IMG/VR virus record: IMGVR_UViG_3300002835_000015
Span: 32,001-96,000 of that record
DNA from: a virus
Direction: 5' to 3' (one strand)
DNA length: 64,000 nt
Shown here piece by piece: positions 60,998-64,000 of this stretch. Made by a program: the position numbers and the translations under genes. Under the pieces are notes generated by a model that made no database searches, had not been told where the DNA came from, and saw nothing but the letters and a program-made list of their open reading frames with translations. Numbering within the stretch: the stretch's first letter is position 1; every line of letters begins with the position of its first letter.

Positions 60998-61417
60998 TTA
61001 GTTTCCAGAACTTCCAAAGCCATTGTCTCCTCGTTGCGAGGAACCTAACGTTTCATGGACCTCCATACTTACGCGAGGAACCTCTTGGAATATAATCTGA
61101 GCGATTCTATCCCCGGTATTTATACCTACAACTTCATCAGAAGTGTTGTATAAGCATACCATTATTTCTCCTCTATATCCGCTATCCACTACCCCTGCTA
61201 AAACATCAATTCCATGTTTAACTGATAGTCCCGATCTGGGCCAAATTAAACCGGCAAAGTGTTCTGGCATTTGTATTGCTATCCCCGTTCTGACAGTCTT
61301 ACGTTGTTTTGGTGGTATGACGGTATCAAGCACTGAGTATAAGTCAAATCCTGCGTCATTTATATTAGCTTTTGTTGGAACTTTGGCATTATTATCAAGT
61401 AATTGAACAGAAATCAT
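60998..61417 (-). CDS. dut: Trimeric dUTPase
   Basis: AGFDL, PRSGL, GVVDSGYRGE, GDRIAQ, RGDNGFGSSG. Confidence 0.95.
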   Translation of the reverse strand: MISVQLLDNNAKVPTKANINDAGFDLYSVLDTVIPPKQRKTVRTGIAIQMPEHFAGLIWPRSGLSVKHGIDVLAGVVDSGYRGEIMVCLYNTSDEVVGINTGDRIAQIIFQEVPRVSMEVHETLGSSQRGDNGFGSSGN

Positions 61418-62493
61418 AGATCGAATCCTCCTAGGTCAACATCCTCTAAGTCATTCTTACTAGCACCAATCTTATATGAAGTAATTTCATGCTCTTGTGG
61501 TGCAACTTGTACTGATTCACTATTCATCCAAGGGTCAGTCCATCCAGATATTGGGTTTCTACAACCCTTATCGTATGGTAGTCCTATATTCTTTCTTCTG
61601 GTCATACATAGCCAATCAATGTATTCAGCCATTACCTTTTCATTTAAGCCAATGATTGATCCATCTTTAAATAGATATTCTGCCCATGCTTTTTCCTCAT
61701 TTGCTGCGGATTCAAACATTGCTACGGCTTCTTCTTGGCATTCTTCTGCTATCTTTACAAATCCCTCTTCTGGAACATTATGAAGAATCTTAATAATTTC
61801 CTGAGTATTATAAAGATGTAATGCCTCATCGCGTTTTATTAGTTTAATAATGTCTGCATTACCGATCATTTTCTTATTTTCTGCAAACGCGAATGCAGAA
61901 ATAAATGAGACATAAAATCTAACTGCTTCAAGTATGTTAACGCTAATGAGAGTTAGGTAAATCTGCTTTTTTATATCTTTAACTTTGCCGGAATGACCTA
62001 CTTCTCGTAAAGCGTTATATTCTTTTATTGCTACATTAGCTCGTTTGAGAATTTCTTTGTCTGTTAAACAGCTATCTAATATTTCACTAGGATTATTATA
62101 TACGTTCTTAATAATATATGTATAGCTGTAACTATGAATTTGTTCGAAAAATTGCCAAACATTCATACAAGCTTCTAATTCTGGATTAGAAACATACTGA
62201 TTGAAGCTTGGAACACCCCTACAAATAACTGAATCAAGCATAGTTTGATATTTAAGATTAGATGTGAAAATAAATCTTTCATTCTCACTCATAATATCAT
62301 CATTTTTGAAGTCATTACGATCTTTCTTCAGTTCTATTTCTTCTGGACGCCAAAAGAATTCAATTTGTTTCTTATATAAATCAAAAAATACTGGATATTT
62401 AAATTTATCATATCTCTGTAATGATAAGTTTTCGCCTAAAAATAATGGTTGCTTCAAGTAGTCAACGTTTTTAGTATTTAATATTGTTTTCAT
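61414..62493 (-). CDS. nrdB: Ribonucleotide reductase class Ia beta subunit
   Basis: FFWRPEE, LDS, EQIHSYSY, LEAVRFY, RDEALH, QVAPQE. Confidence 0.95.
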   Translation of the reverse strand: MKTILNTKNVDYLKQPLFLGENLSLQRYDKFKYPVFFDLYKKQIEFFWRPEEIELKKDRNDFKNDDIMSENERFIFTSNLKYQTMLDSVICRGVPSFNQYVSNPELEACMNVWQFFEQIHSYSYTYIIKNVYNNPSEILDSCLTDKEILKRANVAIKEYNALREVGHSGKVKDIKKQIYLTLISVNILEAVRFYVSFISAFAFAENKKMIGNADIIKLIKRDEALHLYNTQEIIKILHNVPEEGFVKIAEECQEEAVAMFESAANEEKAWAEYLFKDGSIIGLNEKVMAEYIDWLCMTRRKNIGLPYDKGCRNPISGWTDPWMNSESVQVAPQEHEITSYKIGASKNDLEDVDLGGFDL

Positions 62494-62941
62494 GTTCCAA
62501 TCTTCTTTCTATAGCTTTATTTATATCATCAAAAAAGCCTAACTCTTTGCGTTTACCATTAATTTGTATTCTTACTTGCCACTTTTTTCTTATTTTATTC
62601 CAAGAAATACCTCTATACCCACTAGTTGAATCTTTTCTAACATGTGAATTACTTTGATTAATTTCTTGTGTGACATCTCGTAAATTATTAATACAATTAT
62701 TCTGTTTATTTCTATCAATGTGATCTATTTGATTTTTAGGCCATTCATCATAATACAAATACCATGCCAATCTGTGTGCTTTATATCTTTTATATCCTAC
62801 TGATATTACTATATACCCCTTATTATCAATAGTACCTGCGATATCTCCCGCCTTTGTATATCCCAAATTAGGATTTATTTTCCAGAATATATTTCCAGTG
62901 TTGGGGTCATATAATAACATTTCTTTTAAATTATATTGCAC
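62471..62941 (-). CDS. Free-standing HNH homing endonuclease with AP2-like C-terminal domain
   Basis: LLYDPNTG, AHRLAW, IDHIDRNKQNN.I.NLR, SGYRGISW...KW. Likely GTG start at 62941 after GAGGG. Confidence 0.85.
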   Translation of the reverse strand: MQYNLKEMLLYDPNTGNIFWKINPNLGYTKAGDIAGTIDNKGYIVISVGYKRYKAHRLAWYLYYDEWPKNQIDHIDRNKQNNCINNLRDVTQEINQSNSHVRKDSTSGYRGISWNKIRKKWQVRIQINGKRKELGFFDDINKAIERRLEHENNIKY

Positions 62942-63998
62942 AAGAACCACCCTCACAGGTAGATAACAAATCTTTTTCAGTATTACCATCAGAATCTGGC
63001 GTATTGCAATAATAAAAGTTCTTTACACCATATTTATACCCCTGTATCTGATCTTTGATCAAAATACTCAAAGGAATATTGCCGTCAGGATAATGGGAAT
63101 AATTATAGTATAAATTAACACTTATGCTCATATCAACAAATTTTTGTAACACTGCACAAATATTTAATATTGCTTTGTTGTTTGGCATTTCCCACGCTAA
63201 AGTATAGTAATTTTTACGAGAAGCATAATTTGGCACTAATTGCTTGAGGATGCCGTTCTTAGCCTTTTTATAAGACATGAGGCTACGGACAGGTTCAATT
63301 CCATTTGTGCTGTTCTGGATGACGCTAGAGGACTCACAGGGCATTATAGCAGTCAGAGTAGAGTGTCTTAGACCATGAATTTTGATCCTAGCTCTCAAAC
63401 CCTCCCAATCCATAATATACTCTGGCTTAACCAGTTCGTCAACTGTTTTTTTGTACCAATCGATTGGAAGCAATCCGCGAGAATATTTAGTCTCATTAAA
63501 TTTATTACATGGACCCTTGAGTTCAGCAAGTTTGCAGGACTCATTTAGTAAGTACCACTGAATTTTTTCCATGATTTCATGAACTAATCTTAATGTTTCG
63601 GCATCATCATATTTTAGCTTGTGCTTTGCTAAAAATGCAGCAAAATTAGTAATACCAATTCCAAGTGATCTACGATTCTTTGTAAAGTTTTCACCAGCCG
63701 CTACTGGATAATCTTGATAATCAATAATAGATTCTAAAGACTTTACAGCAATAGAGCAAGCTTTTTCTATGTCCTTGTTATCTTCCAGTTCAAGTAGGTT
63801 TAATGCTGACAGAATACAAATACCAATTTCGCCTTCTTTGTCATCTATAGATGATATTGGTTTAGTTGGATGGATAATTTCTTGACATAGATTACTCATG
63901 TAAACTGGGGCATCCCATGATCCATGCTCATTAGCATTATCAATATTCATAACATAAATGCGACCAGTTTCTAATCTCTCTTTGGTAAAAATTTCAGC
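62931..63998 (-). CDS. nrdA: Ribonucleotide reductase class Ia alpha subunit, 5'-truncated by window edge
   Basis: Open to the window end (..ERLETGRIY). SNLCQEI, AIMPCESSS, NGIEP, KNFYY, C-terminal CEGGSC. Confidence 0.95.
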   Translation of the reverse strand, partial: AEIFTKERLETGRIYVMNIDNANEHGSWDAPVYMSNLCQEIIHPTKPISSIDDKEGEIGICILSALNLLELEDNKDIEKACSIAVKSLESIIDYQDYPVAAGENFTKNRRSLGIGITNFAAFLAKHKLKYDDAETLRLVHEIMEKIQWYLLNESCKLAELKGPCNKFNETKYSRGLLPIDWYKKTVDELVKPEYIMDWEGLRARIKIHGLRHSTLTAIMPCESSSVIQNSTNGIEPVRSLMSYKKAKNGILKQLVPNYASRKNYYTLAWEMPNNKAILNICAVLQKFVDMSISVNLYYNYSHYPDGNIPLSILIKDQIQGYKYGVKNFYYCNTPDSDGNTEKDLLSTCEGGSCAI

Positions 63999-64000
63999 AA

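Noticed and set aside
61414-63998. Group I intron or intein in nrdA/nrdB
   Set aside because: The visible nrdA ends with its normal CxxxxC tail, nrdB has all metal and radical residues uninterrupted, and no flanking non-coding intron sequence exists.
1-64000. Stop-codon reassignment as in some large phages
   Set aside because: Genes are long, contiguous and tightly packed under the standard code, and TAA, TAG and TGA all end genes.
1-64000. tRNA/rRNA genes, integrase or att site
   Set aside because: Intergenic gaps are too short (under ~100 nt) and show no cloverleaf; no recombinase ORF in the window.

Overview
AT-rich (about one third GC, estimated by eye), gene-dense 64 kb segment of a large tailed dsDNA bacteriophage, read in the standard code, with two convergent arms meeting at a GAAA-tetraloop terminator near 32.24 kb. 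The + strand arm (1-32226) is tail morphogenesis: end of a probable tail tube gene, three probable chaperone genes, a 2307-aa tape measure protein (TMP) and several very large virion proteins (LamG-like and FG-GAP propeller domains). The - strand arm (32257-64000) carries replication and nucleotide genes (DnaE split into two genes around a DEDDh exonuclease, SSB, primase, DnaB, RecA, RecB/Cas4-like nuclease, dNMP kinase, PhoH, dUTPase, NrdAB), a ~9 kb glycosyltransferase cluster and four free-standing homing-endonuclease-like genes. No tRNA, rRNA, CRISPR array or integrase was seen. Most notable: (1) TMP with a triplicated lambda-gpH-type C-terminal module and [FY]AxGG motifs bracketing cargo, one resembling a PD-(D/E)XK nuclease; (2) intein-less split DnaE; (3) apparent CCWGG avoidance; (4) a leader ORF inside a terminator-like hairpin after the tail tube gene; (5) an integrin-alpha-like virion protein; (6) a probable virion glycosylation system including pseudo-enzymes. 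All calls rest on motif recognition only; no searches were run.
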